The notes: a model not told the origin generated them from the letters alone. Numbered from the stretch's first letter, positions 18,152 through 29,998 are shown. The stretch is 64,000 nucleotides of DNA from an uncultured Bulleidia sp. (GCA_934725105.1 CAKVBD010000007.1:7747-71746); one strand, 5' to 3'. Numbers and translations: made by a program.

Positions 18152-21100
18152 ATGAGCGTATATCGTTGCTTTGTGGAAAAGAAAAAGCCATTCGCTACAG
18201 AAGCAAATGGTGTGAAGAGTGATCTGAAGATTGCTTTGTTGAATGATGATGTAAAAAGTGTAAGAGTCATCAATCGCTATGATCTTGAAAATATTGATGA
18301 AGAAGATTTCAAAATGGCAGAAAGAACAATTCTTTCTGAGCCACAGGTAGATACACTTTATGAAGAAGCACCTGTTGCGGAAGATGATGAATGGGTACTT
18401 GCTGTTGAATACCTTCCTGGTCAGTTTGATCAAAGAGCAGACTCTGCTTCTCAATGTATTCAGCTTGCTACAATGAAGGAAAAGCCTGAAGTTCGCAGTG
18501 CACGTTTGTACTACATCAAGGGTAATCTTACAGAAGAAGATAAGGAAAAGATCAAAAAGACTTTGATCAACCCAGTAGAAGCAAGAGAAGCTTCTTTAGA
18601 AAAGCCTGAAACAATTCATCAGAATTATGAAAAGCCAGCTTTACCTGAAATCTTAGATGGTTTTATTGATTTGGATGAAGCAGGATTGGAAGCATTTAGA
18701 AGTGAAAATGGCTTGGCTATGGATCTTGCAGATATCAAGTTTTTGCAGGATTACTTCAAGAATGAAGAAAAGAGAGATCCAAGAATCACTGAAATTAAAG
18801 TGATTGATACATACTGGTCTGATCATTGCCGTCATACAACATTCAATACAATTATCAACAATGTTGATATCAAGGATGAAAATATTAAGAAAGCATATGA
18901 TGCTTATCTTGATTTGCGTAAAGAAGTTTACGCAGGAAAAACGGAAAAGCCACTTTCTTTGTGGGATCTTGCAACAATTGGCGTCAAGGCTCTTAAGAAA
19001 GATGGAAAGCTGAAAGATCTTGATGAATCTGAAGAAATCAATGCCTGTTCTGTAAGAATCAAGGTTGATGTTGATGGTGAAGATCAGGATTGGCTGTTGA
19101 TGTTCAAGAATGAAACACATAACCATCCTACTGAAATTGAACCATTTGGTGGTGCAGCTACATGTCTAGGTGGTGCAATTCGTGACCCTCTGTCTGGTAG
19201 AAGTTATGTTTATCAGGCAATGCGTGTAACGGGTGCTGCAGATCCATTACTTCCAATTGAAGATACATTAGAAGGAAAGCTTCCTCAGCGTAAGATCGTC
19301 ACAACAGCTGCTGCTGGTTATTCGTCCTATGGTAACCAGATTGGTTTGGCAACAGGTCATGTGACTGAAATCTATCATCCTGGATATGTTGCTAAGAGAA
19401 TGGAAGTTGGTGGTGTCATTGCGGCAGCACCAAGTGAAAATGTTGTTCGTGAAAGACCAGAAGCTGGAGATGTTGTTATCTTATTAGGTGGAAAGACTGG
19501 TAGAGATGGATGTGGAGGCGCTACAGGTTCTTCGAAATCTCATAACGTTGATTCCCTTGCGAAAGATGGTGCTGAAGTTCAGAAGGGTAATGCTCCTGAA
19601 GAAAGAAAACTGCAGAGATTGTTTAGAAACCCTGAAGCTACTAAGCTGATCAAGAGATGTAATGACTTTGGTGCAGGTGGTGTATCTGTTGCGATTGGTG
19701 AACTTGCCGATGGATTACATATTGATTTAAATAAGGTTCCTAAGAAGTATGAAGGTCTTGATGGAACAGAACTTGCTATTTCTGAATCACAGGAAAGAAT
19801 GGCAGTTGTTGTTAGAAAAGAAGATGCAGATCATTTCCAGAAGCTTGCGAGTGATGAAAACCTGGAATCTACTGTTGTTGCAGAGGTAACAGAAGAAGCT
19901 CGTATGATCATGTATCTTGATGGTGTTGATATTGTTAACATTTCTAGAGAATTCTTGAATACAAATGGTGCAAAGCGTTATACAGATGTTGAAGTTGAAG
20001 ATCATGGCAAGAAACAGATCGTTATGGAAACAAAGCCATTTGCAGAAAGAATGGAAGCATTGGCATCTGACTTGAATGTTTGTTCCCAGAAGGGTCTTGT
20101 GGAAAGATTTGACTCTACAATTGGTGCAGGTACAGTCTTAATGCCATTTGGTGGAAAGACACAGTTAACACCAGCACAGGCAATGTGTGCAAAGATTCCA
20201 GTATTGAATGCAGAAACAGATACTGCTTCTTTGATGGCTTGGGGATTTGATCCATATGAAATGAGTGAAAATCCATTTACAGGCGCACAGGAATCAGTCA
20301 TTTCTTCCATTGCCAAGATTGTAGCTGCAGGTGGTTCTTATCATCATGCATGGATGTCTTTCCAGGAATATTTTGGTCATATGTATACAGATCCTAAGCG
20401 TTGGGGTCAGCCATTCTCTGCTTTACTTGGTGCATTAAAAGCACAGCAGGAATTAGAAATTGGTGCAATCGGTGGTAAGGATTCTATGTCTGGAACATTT
20501 GAAGATATCGATGTTCCACCTACATTAGTTGCATTCTCTGTTTCTACATGTAAGGCTAGTGAAGCCGTATCTGATGAATGGAAGGGTGCTGGACATAATG
20601 TTTATGTATTGAAACCTTCTTATGATGCATATGGCAATCCAGACTGGGAAAGTGTTAGAAATACATTTGATGCAATGGAATCTATCATTAAAGATAAGAA
20701 GGCATTATCTGTATGGACATTGGAAAATGGCGGACTTGCGGAAGGTATTCTCAAGTGTGCATTAGGTAACAAGATTGGTTTTGAATTAGATCCTTCTTTT
20801 GCGGTAGATGATCTATTTGATAAATGCTATGGTGCATTCATGGTAGAAGTAGATGGAACTTTAGAAGAAGGTACATTACTTGGTAGAACAATTGATGCAT
20901 ACAAGATTGTATCCAATGAAGGTGAAGTAGATCTAGATGCATTACAGAAGACATATGAAGCTAAGCTTCAGCCTGTATTCCCATATACAGATGTCAATCC
21001 AAAGCAGGAAATTCAGCCAATCAACTATGAAGCTAGTGAAACATTACATGCTAGCTATACAGTAGAAAAACCACATGTATTAATTCCAGTATTCCCAGGG

Positions 21101-21868
21101 ACAAACTGTGAATGGGATACAGCACATGCTTTTGAAAGAGCAGGTGCTGAATGTGAAATCTTTGTTATCAAGAATCTGACAAGTGCAGATATTGAAGCAA
21201 GTGCAAATGCATTCGCTGAAAAGATCCGTGAATCACAGATCATTGCAATCCCTGGTGGATTCTCTGGTGGTGATGAACCTGAAGGTTCAGCAAAATTCAT
21301 TACAGCGTTCTTTAGAAACCCTAAGGTAAAAGAAGCTGTAACGGATTTACTTGATAACCGTGAAGGTTTGATGTGTGGTATCTGTAATGGTTTCCAGGCT
21401 TTGATCAAGTTGGGTCTTGTTCCTTATGGTAAGATCATTGATACAGATGAAAACTGCCCTACATTGACATTCAATACAATTGGCAGACACCAGTCTATGC
21501 TTGTTAGAACTAGAATTGCTTCTAACAAGTCTCCTTGGTTGAAACATACAAAGCCAGGAGAAATTCATACAGTTGCAATTTCTCATGGTGAAGGCAGATT
21601 TGTTGCAAATGATGATGTATTGCAGCAACTCATCGAAAATGGTCAGGTAGCTACACAGTACGTTGATCTAGATGGCAATCCAACAAGTGATGTAAGATTC
21701 AACCCTAACAATTCTTATTTAGCAATTGAAGGTATTACATCACCAGATGGAAGAGTATTTGGCAAGATGGGTCACTCTGAAAGAAGTGGTGACAACATGT
21801 ATGTCAATATTCCAGATAAGAATCTTGAAAACGAAATCTTCAAGAGTGCTGTTGAGTACTTTAAATAA
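18152..21868 (+). CDS. purL: phosphoribosylformylglycinamidine synthase, large single-chain type
   Basis: 1238 aa with FGAM synthase domains and a C-terminal glutaminase domain (GICNGFQAL catalytic Cys). Confidence 0.9.
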   Translation: MSVYRCFVEKKKPFATEANGVKSDLKIALLNDDVKSVRVINRYDLENIDEEDFKMAERTILSEPQVDTLYEEAPVAEDDEWVLAVEYLPGQFDQRADSASQCIQLATMKEKPEVRSARLYYIKGNLTEEDKEKIKKTLINPVEAREASLEKPETIHQNYEKPALPEILDGFIDLDEAGLEAFRSENGLAMDLADIKFLQDYFKNEEKRDPRITEIKVIDTYWSDHCRHTTFNTIINNVDIKDENIKKAYDAYLDLRKEVYAGKTEKPLSLWDLATIGVKALKKDGKLKDLDESEEINACSVRIKVDVDGEDQDWLLMFKNETHNHPTEIEPFGGAATCLGGAIRDPLSGRSYVYQAMRVTGAADPLLPIEDTLEGKLPQRKIVTTAAAGYSSYGNQIGLATGHVTEIYHPGYVAKRMEVGGVIAAAPSENVVRERPEAGDVVILLGGKTGRDGCGGATGSSKSHNVDSLAKDGAEVQKGNAPEERKLQRLFRNPEATKLIKRCNDFGAGGVSVAIGELADGLHIDLNKVPKKYEGLDGTELAISESQERMAVVVRKEDADHFQKLASDENLESTVVAEVTEEARMIMYLDGVDIVNISREFLNTNGAKRYTDVEVEDHGKKQIVMETKPFAERMEALASDLNVCSQKGLVERFDSTIGAGTVLMPFGGKTQLTPAQAMCAKIPVLNAETDTASLMAWGFDPYEMSENPFTGAQESVISSIAKIVAAGGSYHHAWMSFQEYFGHMYTDPKRWGQPFSALLGALKAQQELEIGAIGGKDSMSGTFEDIDVPPTLVAFSVSTCKASEAVSDEWKGAGHNVYVLKPSYDAYGNPDWESVRNTFDAMESIIKDKKALSVWTLENGGLAEGILKCALGNKIGFELDPSFAVDDLFDKCYGAFMVEVDGTLEEGTLLGRTIDAYKIVSNEGEVDLDALQKTYEAKLQPVFPYTDVNPKQEIQPINYEASETLHASYTVEKPHVLIPVFPGTNCEWDTAHAFERAGAECEIFVIKNLTSADIEASANAFAEKIRESQIIAIPGGFSGGDEPEGSAKFITAFFRNPKVKEAVTDLLDNREGLMCGICNGFQALIKLGLVPYGKIIDTDENCPTLTFNTIGRHQSMLVRTRIASNKSPWLKHTKPGEIHTVAISHGEGRFVANDDVLQQLIENGQVATQYVDLDGNPTSDVRFNPNNSYLAIEGITSPDGRVFGKMGHSERSGDNMYVNIPDKNLENEIFKSAVEYFK

Positions 21869-21883
21869 TTGATGAATGAAAAG

Positions 21884-21916
21884 ACACAGGTTTGTAAAAG
21901 AACCTGTGTTTTTTTG
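21884..21916 (+). terminator. intrinsic terminator of the pur operon
   Basis: ACACAGGTT / AACCTGTGT stem plus T7. Confidence 0.7.
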
Positions 21917-22050
21917 AGTGTGGATCATTCTTTGTGCTCTTAAAATGTTAGCTAACATAGCGAAAAAATAAATGTTAGACTAACGAATACACATGTTTGG
22001 TTTTATAATTTTCTTTTAATAAAACCGTGAAACGGCAGGAGGTATAAAAG

Positions 22051-22338
22051 ATGAATTTATTAAGTGCGAGACTCGTTGGATATGGTGTATTACTTGGAAC
22101 AGTTGGAGTAAAAATTTTAACAAGTGATGATGCAAAAAAGGTATACACACATTGCACAGCTGCTGCTATGAGAGGTGTTGATGAAGTGGCAAGAGTGTAT
22201 ACAGCTTTAAAAGAAAACTGTGAAGATATTGGTGTTGATGCAAAAGAAATCAATGAAAAAAGAGCACAGGCAAAAGAAGCAAAAATGATTGCTGATGCGA
22301 AAGCATTTCTTGAATCTTGTGAAGAGAAAGATGCGTAA
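22051..22338 (+). CDS. small single-TM charged protein co-transcribed with a P-type ATPase
   Basis: 95 aa with an N-terminal hydrophobic helix and a lysine/glutamate-rich tail. The stop lies 3 nt before the ATPase start. Confidence 0.45.
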   Translation: MNLLSARLVGYGVLLGTVGVKILTSDDAKKVYTHCTAAAMRGVDEVARVYTALKENCEDIGVDAKEINEKRAQAKEAKMIADAKAFLESCEEKDA

Positions 22339-22341
22339 TCT

Positions 22342-24414
22342 ATGAAGTGTCAGATTCTACATGAATCAAAGGGACGCATGCGTGTACACATGCTTCAGTA
22401 TCGAATGACACTGAAGCAGGCGGATATTCTGGAATACTATCTAAAGAAACAGAATGGTATAAAAGATGTTAAGGTCAATGATAGAACATCCGATGCGATT
22501 ATTCTGTTTGATACGGATAGACAAGACATTATTTCTCTGCTTTCTTCTTTTCATTATGAAGAGAATATCGATGTTGTTCCTGAACATACTGGACGTGAAC
22601 TTGCAAGAGAATATGAAGATAAAGTGATTTATCATACGTTAAGACGTGCAGTAACAAGAGTGTTTTTCCCTCTTCCACTAAGAAGTGCAATTTCTTTTAT
22701 GAAGAGCTGGAAATTTATTGTGCCTGGCGTACAGGCGCTTCTTGCGGGAAATATTGAAGTGAGTGTATTAGATGCAACAACGATTGTAATTAGTATGCTT
22801 CGTGGCGACTTTGATACTGCTGGCGACTTGATGTTCTTGCTTGGGCTTTCAGAAATATTAGAAGAATGGACACACAAGAAGAGTGTTGATGATCTTGCAC
22901 GCAGTATGTCGTTGAATGTGGAGAAAGCATGGAAAGTACTAGATGATGGTGCTGCGTTACTCATTCCTGTAAACGAATTTAAAAAAGGTGATCGCTTCAT
23001 TGTTCGTACAAGTAATATGATTCCGTTGGATGGTGTTGTTGTGGAAGGAAATGCGGAAGTGAACCAGGCTTCTATGACGGGAGAGTCTTTACCTGTGAAT
23101 AAGGATGCTGGTAAACCCGTCTTTGCGGGTACAGTTGTGGAAGATGGTGAGTGTATTGTTGAAGTGACTTCTATCAGTGGCAGTGGCAGATATGATCGTA
23201 TTGTCAATATGATTGAAGAATCTGAAAAAATGAAGTCGGATTTTGAAAATCGATCTACTGAATTGGCAGATCGCCTTGTTCCTTATTCTCTAATAGGTAC
23301 AGCATTCACTTACGCACTTACTAGAAACACGAATAAAGCTCTTTCTGTTTTGATGGTTGATTTCTCATGTGCGTTGAAACTGTCGATTCCAATTGCGGTA
23401 TTATCTGCGATGAGACAGGCTTCTAACATGGGAATTGTGATCAAAGGTGGAAAGTATATGGAACTGGTAAGCCAGGCAGATACTGTAGTCTTTGATAAGA
23501 CAGGTACTTTAACTGTTTCTTCACCAAAAGTGAAAGATATTGTTACCTTTGAAGGAAATGACAAGAAGGAAATGCTGAAGCTTGCCGCGTGTCTTGAAGA
23601 ACATTATCCACATTCCATTGCAAATGCAGTTGTTAAGGCTGCTGCAGAGCAAGGTCTTGTGCATGAAGAAAAACATTCAAAAGTGGAATATGTTGTTGCA
23701 CATGGAATTGTTTCTTCTATCAATGGAAAAAAGGTTCTGATTGGCTCACATCATTTCTTGTTTGATGATGAAAAGTGCATTATCCCAGAAGGTGAAGAAG
23801 AAAAGTTCAACAATATTCCAGATGAATACTCACATTTATACATGGCAATTGGAAATCGACTGGTTGCGGTAATTCTTATTGAAGATCCAATTCGAAAAGA
23901 AAGTGGACAACTGATTCATTCTTTACATGAGAGTGGTTTACATAATCTTGTGATGATGACGGGAGACTCTGAAAGAACCGCAAAGGCTGTTGCGTCAAAA
24001 GTAGGAATGGATGCATATTATTCTGAAGTATTGCCAGAAGATAAAGCAACATTTGTACGCAAAGAAAAGAGCAAAGGAAATACAGTCATTATGATTGGTG
24101 ATGGCATTAATGATGCGCTTGCCTTGAGTGAAGCAGATGTTGCGGTTGCGATATCAAATGGTGCTGAAATCACACGTGAGATTGCAGATATTACTGTACC
24201 AGCAGACGATATCACAAAAATTGCTGTCTTAAGAAATTTGAGTACAAAGCTGGAAAATAGAATTGAAGGAAATTATCATAAGATCATGACAATCAATTCA
24301 ACATTGATTGCTTTAGGAATTCTTGGTATATTGCCACCATCTTCTACAGCATATCTACATAATTTATCGACACTTGCATTAAGTGTTTACTCAATGAGTG
24401 ATATAAAGATGTAA
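22342..24414 (+). CDS. P1B-type (heavy-metal family) P-type ATPase with non-canonical TM4 motif
   Basis: DKTGTLT, TGDS, GDGINDALAL motifs present. The N-terminal HMA-like fold lacks CxxC. TM4 reads FSCALKLSIP where CopA-type pumps have CPCALGLATP. Confidence 0.75.
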   Translation: MKCQILHESKGRMRVHMLQYRMTLKQADILEYYLKKQNGIKDVKVNDRTSDAIILFDTDRQDIISLLSSFHYEENIDVVPEHTGRELAREYEDKVIYHTLRRAVTRVFFPLPLRSAISFMKSWKFIVPGVQALLAGNIEVSVLDATTIVISMLRGDFDTAGDLMFLLGLSEILEEWTHKKSVDDLARSMSLNVEKAWKVLDDGAALLIPVNEFKKGDRFIVRTSNMIPLDGVVVEGNAEVNQASMTGESLPVNKDAGKPVFAGTVVEDGECIVEVTSISGSGRYDRIVNMIEESEKMKSDFENRSTELADRLVPYSLIGTAFTYALTRNTNKALSVLMVDFSCALKLSIPIAVLSAMRQASNMGIVIKGGKYMELVSQADTVVFDKTGTLTVSSPKVKDIVTFEGNDKKEMLKLAACLEEHYPHSIANAVVKAAAEQGLVHEEKHSKVEYVVAHGIVSSINGKKVLIGSHHFLFDDEKCIIPEGEEEKFNNIPDEYSHLYMAIGNRLVAVILIEDPIRKESGQLIHSLHESGLHNLVMMTGDSERTAKAVASKVGMDAYYSEVLPEDKATFVRKEKSKGNTVIMIGDGINDALALSEADVAVAISNGAEITREIADITVPADDITKIAVLRNLSTKLENRIEGNYHKIMTINSTLIALGILGILPPSSTAYLHNLSTLALSVYSMSDIKM

Positions 24415-24417
24415 AGA

Positions 24418-24450
24418 AAAAGTGAACCTTTATTATTTGGTTCACTTTTT
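24418..24450. terminator. bidirectional intrinsic terminator
   Basis: AGTGAACC / GGTTCACT stem flanked by A-runs and T-runs, between convergent genes. Confidence 0.65.
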
Positions 24451-24456
24451 GCATGC

Positions 24457-25350
24457 TTATCTTTTTTCACCAATCCACTTTAATTCGTATTCACCCGTGA
24501 CTTCCAGTGTTCCGCCATTTGACAAGTCAATCGAATCTTCTGTTTCATAGTAGTCTGTGATTCTTCCAAGAGAATCTTTGACATGCAAGCCTGCATCTTT
24601 TAATGCCTTGACTTGGTAAATGCCAGGGCGTAAAGAGCGAGGAATGTCATAGACACCAGGTGTAATTCTTAATTCGTTATCATTCTTGATATAAATCAAA
24701 TGTTCATCTTTATGATTCTTTGCGGCATTCACTTTCTGATAGAATCTTTCTCTAATAAAGAACATTTCAGCATTTTCTACTGCGTAAGTGAATGTTTTTG
24801 TTGGTGTGACAACTCTGATTTTGTCTGTATCATTTGTATTTCTAACAACATATCCTAATCTATGACAGTTGATGATATGTTCAGACATGAAATAAACCGC
24901 TGCTTCTGTTTCATATAACATACCTTCAATTTTCATGGATTCTTTTTTGCTGACGGCATCTGGAATATTATTGATAGTAGATTTTCTGACTTCAACAATA
25001 CTTCTAGGAGAATATTCATTTGGAATACTGCTTGGAGATACGCGAAGATTTGCACGAATGGCATTGATACAATGTTCTCCTTCATGTAATAAGATCTTAG
25101 GTAAAGGATATAAACGTGCAATGACATCTTCTGGCTTATTTGTTTCCAAGTATGTATCCATGATCATATCTTTCATATGTGGCTGTGCAGTGACAATACG
25201 CTGAAAGATATCATATTTCACAGGAAGACCATGTTCACTGATGATTTGTTTGCAGTTTTTACAAATATAGTGTCCATCTGATAATTTTTCTGGACGGTTA
25301 AATAATCCTCCCATTTCGGATAAACAAAAATCACATACTTTTTTTGCCAT
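24457..25350 (-). CDS. hypothetical protein with N-terminal zinc-ribbon
   Basis: CDFC...CKNC N-terminal ribbon. The remaining 260 aa have no recognisable family. Confidence 0.5.
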   Translation of the reverse strand: MAKKVCDFCLSEMGGLFNRPEKLSDGHYICKNCKQIISEHGLPVKYDIFQRIVTAQPHMKDMIMDTYLETNKPEDVIARLYPLPKILLHEGEHCINAIRANLRVSPSSIPNEYSPRSIVEVRKSTINNIPDAVSKKESMKIEGMLYETEAAVYFMSEHIINCHRLGYVVRNTNDTDKIRVVTPTKTFTYAVENAEMFFIRERFYQKVNAAKNHKDEHLIYIKNDNELRITPGVYDIPRSLRPGIYQVKALKDAGLHVKDSLGRITDYYETEDSIDLSNGGTLEVTGEYELKWIGEKR

Positions 25351-25546
25351 AAAAAATCTCCTTGCTTTAGCTATTATAGCATGAAAAGGAAAATGGAATA
25401 ATCCAGCTTATCTTATTAATATACATTCTAGAGTAGCGGACTTGGAAATATTGAAGGAAACAGATAGAAAATACTATGATTGTTATGCAGAAATCGAATA
25501 TTTGGCACACTCGGATGTGTGGACAAACTTTTTTTGCAAAAAAGTA

Positions 25547-25576
25547 TTGACAGATATATGGTAACAACTGTAATAT
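25547..25576 (+). promoter_or_regulatory. sigma-A type promoter for rpsL operon
   Basis: TTGACA, 18-nt spacer, TAATAT. Lies 100 nt upstream of rpsL. Confidence 0.5.
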
Positions 25577-25677
25577 ATACGAGCTTAGCGAAAATTGGCT
25601 TTACTTTGGTAGAGCCAAAAAATAAGGTTAAGAATGACGCACACGGTTGTGTGTGCATAAGCGAAAGGAGAAAGAAA

Positions 25678-26094
25678 ATGCCAACAATAAACCAGTTAGT
25701 ACGTAAAGGCCGTACTGATAAAGTTTACAAGTCAAAGTCCCCTGCATTAAACAGAGGATTCAACAGTTTGAAGAAGAAACCTACAAACTTGAGCAGCCCA
25801 CAGAAGAGAGGTGTCTGCACTCGTGTAGGTACAATGACTCCTAAGAAGCCAAACTCTGCATTAAGAAAGTATGCCCGTGTTAGACTTTCCAACGGTATGG
25901 AAGTTACAGCATATATTCCAGGTGTAGGACATAACTTACAGGAACACTCTGTAGTTATGATCAGAGGTGGCCGTGTTAAGGATCTACCAGGTGTTCGTTA
26001 CCACATCATCAGAGGTACATTAGATTGTGCTGGTGTTAACGAAAGAAATCAGTCCCGTTCATTATACGGTGCTAAGAAACCTAAGAAGAAGTAA
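25678..26094 (+). CDS. rpsL: 30S ribosomal protein S12 (with a 17-aa insertion after the PAL motif)
   Basis: [12 protein letters not shown]...[10 protein letters not shown]...[10 protein letters not shown]. Extra segment [16 protein letters not shown] relative to E. coli or Bacillus S12. Confidence 0.9.
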   Translation: MPTINQLVRKGRTDKVYKSKSPALNRGFNSLKKKPTNLSSPQKRGVCTRVGTMTPKKPNSALRKYARVRLSNGMEVTAYIPGVGHNLQEHSVVMIRGGRVKDLPGVRYHIIRGTLDCAGVNERNQSRSLYGAKKPKKK

Positions 26095-26101
26095 GAGATA
26101 G

Positions 26102-26587
<486 letters not shown>

Positions 26588-26606
26588 TTAGAGAAAGGAG
26601 CTAAAA

Positions 26607-28679
26607 ATGCCAAGAGAGTTCCCATTAAACAAGATTCGTAATATCGGAATCATGGCTCACATTGATGCTGGTAAGACAACAACAACTGAACGTATCCTTT
26701 ATTACACAGGTAAGATTTACAAGATCGGTGAGACTCACGATGGCGCTTCCCAGATGGACTGGATGGCTCAGGAACAGGAACGTGGTATCACAATCACTTC
26801 TGCAGCTACAACATGCCACTGGAAAGATTGTCAGATCAACATTATCGATACACCGGGTCACGTAGACTTCACAGCTGAAGTTGAAAGATCTTTACGTGTA
26901 CTTGATGGTGCTGTAACAGTCCTTGACTCAAAGGCTGGTGTTGAACCACAGACAGAAACTGTTTGGAGACAGGCTTCTGAATATAAAGTTCCACGTATCG
27001 TTTTCTCTAACAAGATGGACGCTACTGGTGCTGACTTCGATATGAGTGTTAACTCTATCGGTGATCGCTTAGGTGCTAAGGCAGCTGCTATCCAGATGCC
27101 TATCGGTGCTGAAGCAAGTTTCCGTGGAATCATTGACTTAGTTACAATGAAACAGGAAATGTATACAAATGACTTGGGTACAGATATTCAGGTCGGCGAA
27201 ATTGATGAACAGTTCAAGGAAGAAGCTGAAATGAAGCATGCTGAATTACTTGAAGCTATCGCTGACTATGATGAAGATCTCATGATGAAGGTTCTTGAAG
27301 GTGAAGAACCAACTGTTGAAGAAATCAAGGCTGCTATCCGTAAGGGTGTTATGACTTCTGAATTCTTCCCAGTTCTTTGTGGATCTGCATATAAGAACAA
27401 GGGTGTTCAGATGTTATTAGACGCTGTTGTAGATTACCTGCCAGCTCCTACTGATATCGAAGCTATCCAGGGTCATTTACTTGATGGTGAAGAAGCAGTT
27501 CGTAAGCCAAGTGATGATGAACCATTCTCAGCTCTTGCATTCAAAATTGCAACTGACCCATTCGTAGGAAGATTAACATACTTCAGAGTTTACTCTGGAC
27601 ATGCTACTGCAGGCTCTTATGTATTAAATGCTACAAAGGGCAAGAGAGAAAGACTTGGACGTCTTGTAAGAATGCACGCTAACCACCGTGCTGATATCGA
27701 AGAAGTTTATACTGGTGATATCGCAGGTGCTGTTGGTCTTAAGTTCACAACAACATCCGATACACTCTGTGCTGAAGATGCACCAATTGAATTGATGCAG
27801 ATGGTATTCCCAGAACCAGTTATCCAGATGTCTGTTGAACCAAAGACAAAGGCTGACTCTCAGAAGATGGACTCTGCTTTACAGAAGTTAGCAGAAGAAG
27901 ATCCAACTTTCAAAGCTTATACAGATGAAGAAACTGGCCAGACAATCATTGCCGGTGTCGGTGAACTTCAATTAGATATCATTCTCGACCGTATGAGAAG
28001 AGAATTCAAGGTTGAAGCTACAGCAGGTGCTCCTCAGGTAGCTTACCGTGAAACAATCAAGTCCGAAGCTGAAGTACAAGGTAAGTTTGTAAGACAGTCC
28101 GGTGGTCACGGTCAGTATGGTGATGTTTGGATTAGATTTAAGCCAAACCCAGGCAAGGGATTCGAATTCGAAGATCAGACTGTTGGTGGATCAATTCCTA
28201 AGGAATTCATCAAGCCTACACAGGCAGGTCTTGAAGAAGCTCTTCCAAATGGTCTTGTAGCTGGATTCCCAGTTGTTGATATTCGTGCTGAACTATTTGA
28301 TGGTTCTTACCATGATGTCGACTCCTCTGAACAGGCATATAAGATTGCTGCATCCTTAGCTCTTAAGGAAGCTGCTAAGAAATGTAACCCAACAATTCTA
28401 GAACCTATCATGGCTGTAGATATTACTGCTCCATCTGAATACTTAGGTGCAGTTATGGGTGACGTAACTAAAAGACGTGGACAGATCCGTGAACAGGAAG
28501 AAACAGGTAATGCAATCAAGGTTAAGGCATTCGTACCATTAGCTGAAATGTTCGGTTACGTTACAGATCTTCGTGGATTTACACAGGGTCGTGGTATCTT
28601 CTCAATGCAGATGGACCACTATGAAGAAGTTCCTAAGAATATTGCTAAGGAAATTATCGAAGCTCACGCTTCTAAGTAA
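26607..28679 (+). CDS. fusA: elongation factor G
   Basis: [10 protein letters not shown]-domain, 690 aa. Confidence 0.95.
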   Translation: MPREFPLNKIRNIGIMAHIDAGKTTTTERILYYTGKIYKIGETHDGASQMDWMAQEQERGITITSAATTCHWKDCQINIIDTPGHVDFTAEVERSLRVLDGAVTVLDSKAGVEPQTETVWRQASEYKVPRIVFSNKMDATGADFDMSVNSIGDRLGAKAAAIQMPIGAEASFRGIIDLVTMKQEMYTNDLGTDIQVGEIDEQFKEEAEMKHAELLEAIADYDEDLMMKVLEGEEPTVEEIKAAIRKGVMTSEFFPVLCGSAYKNKGVQMLLDAVVDYLPAPTDIEAIQGHLLDGEEAVRKPSDDEPFSALAFKIATDPFVGRLTYFRVYSGHATAGSYVLNATKGKRERLGRLVRMHANHRADIEEVYTGDIAGAVGLKFTTTSDTLCAEDAPIELMQMVFPEPVIQMSVEPKTKADSQKMDSALQKLAEEDPTFKAYTDEETGQTIIAGVGELQLDIILDRMRREFKVEATAGAPQVAYRETIKSEAEVQGKFVRQSGGHGQYGDVWIRFKPNPGKGFEFEDQTVGGSIPKEFIKPTQAGLEEALPNGLVAGFPVVDIRAELFDGSYHDVDSSEQAYKIAASLALKEAAKKCNPTILEPIMAVDITAPSEYLGAVMGDVTKRRGQIREQEETGNAIKVKAFVPLAEMFGYVTDLRGFTQGRGIFSMQMDHYEEVPKNIAKEIIEAHASK

Positions 28680-28784
28680 TATTCTGTTTGGAATAAAAAA
28701 TGTTGTAATTTAGTTTGCCATCATATAAAATGATGGCAGACTGAATAAGTTAAAAAGTAAAAAAACTGGAGGAAAAAAACCAAT

Positions 28785-29978
28785 ATGGCAAAGGAAAAAT
28801 TCGACCGTAGCTTAGAGCATGTTAACGTTGGTACTATCGGACACGTTGACCACGGTAAAACAACTCTTACAGCTGCAATCACAAAGTATCTTGCTGATCA
28901 CCCAGAAGATGGTAAGGCTGCTTTCGAAGCATACGACCAGATCGATGGTGCACCAGAAGAAAAAGAACGTGGTATTACTATCAACACAGCTCACGTTGAA
29001 TACCAGACATTAAAGAGACACTATGCTCACGTAGACTGCCCAGGCCACGCTGACTATGTTAAGAACATGATCACTGGTGCTGCTCAGATGGATGGTGCTA
29101 TCCTCGTAGTAGCTGCTACTGATGGACCAATGCCTCAGACACGTGAACACATCTTACTTGCTCGTCAGGTAGGTGTTCCAGCTATCGTTGTATTCTTAAA
29201 CAAGTGCGACATGGTTGACGATGAAGAATTGATCGACCTTGTTGAAATGGAAGTTCGTGAACTTCTTTCTGAGTATGGATTCGATGGAGACAACTGTCCT
29301 GTAATCCGTGGTTCTGCTTTCCAGGCTCTTCAGGGAGATCCAAAGTGGACACCAGCTATCAAGGAATTATTAGATGCTGTTGACGCTTATATTCCAACAC
29401 CAACTCATGACAACGACAAGCCATTCTTAATGGCAGTTGAAGACGTATTCACAATCACAGGTCGTGGTACTGTTGCTACAGGACGTGTAGAACGTGGTGA
29501 ATTACACTTAAACGATGAAGTTGAAATCGTTGGTATCAAGGACACTTCTAAGACTGTTGTTACAGGTATCGAAATGTTCCGTAAGACTCTTGACTATGCT
29601 CAGGCTGGTGACAACATCGGTGCATTGCTCCGTGGTGTTAACCGTGATCAGATCGAACGTGGACAGGTTCTTGCTAAGCCAGGATCCGTTACACCTCATA
29701 CAAAGTTCAAGGCTCAGGTTTACGTATTAACTAAGGAAGAAGGCGGACGTCATACACCATTCGTTTCTAACTACCGTCCACAGTTCTACTTCAGAACAAC
29801 AGACGTTACTGGTGTAATCACTCTTCCAGAAGGTACAGAACTCTGCATGCCTGGTGATAACGTAGTTATGGAAGTTGAACTTCTTGCTCCTATCGCTATC
29901 GAAAACGGTACAAAGTTCTCTATCCGTGAAGGTGGTAGAACAGTAGGTTCCGGTTCTATTACAGAAATCGAAGCTTAA
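28785..29978 (+). CDS. tuf: elongation factor Tu
   Basis: [27 protein letters not shown] motifs. 397 aa. Confidence 0.95.
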   Translation: MAKEKFDRSLEHVNVGTIGHVDHGKTTLTAAITKYLADHPEDGKAAFEAYDQIDGAPEEKERGITINTAHVEYQTLKRHYAHVDCPGHADYVKNMITGAAQMDGAILVVAATDGPMPQTREHILLARQVGVPAIVVFLNKCDMVDDEELIDLVEMEVRELLSEYGFDGDNCPVIRGSAFQALQGDPKWTPAIKELLDAVDAYIPTPTHDNDKPFLMAVEDVFTITGRGTVATGRVERGELHLNDEVEIVGIKDTSKTVVTGIEMFRKTLDYAQAGDNIGALLRGVNRDQIERGQVLAKPGSVTPHTKFKAQVYVLTKEEGGRHTPFVSNYRPQFYFRTTDVTGVITLPEGTELCMPGDNVVMEVELLAPIAIENGTKFSIREGGRTVGSGSITEIEA

Positions 29979-29998
29979 TTTAAATCTTATTGTTACGT

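Noticed and set aside
22632-23207. 191-aa minus-strand ORF
   Set aside because: Antisense within the P-type ATPase gene, with a Ser/Thr/Pro-rich artefact composition.
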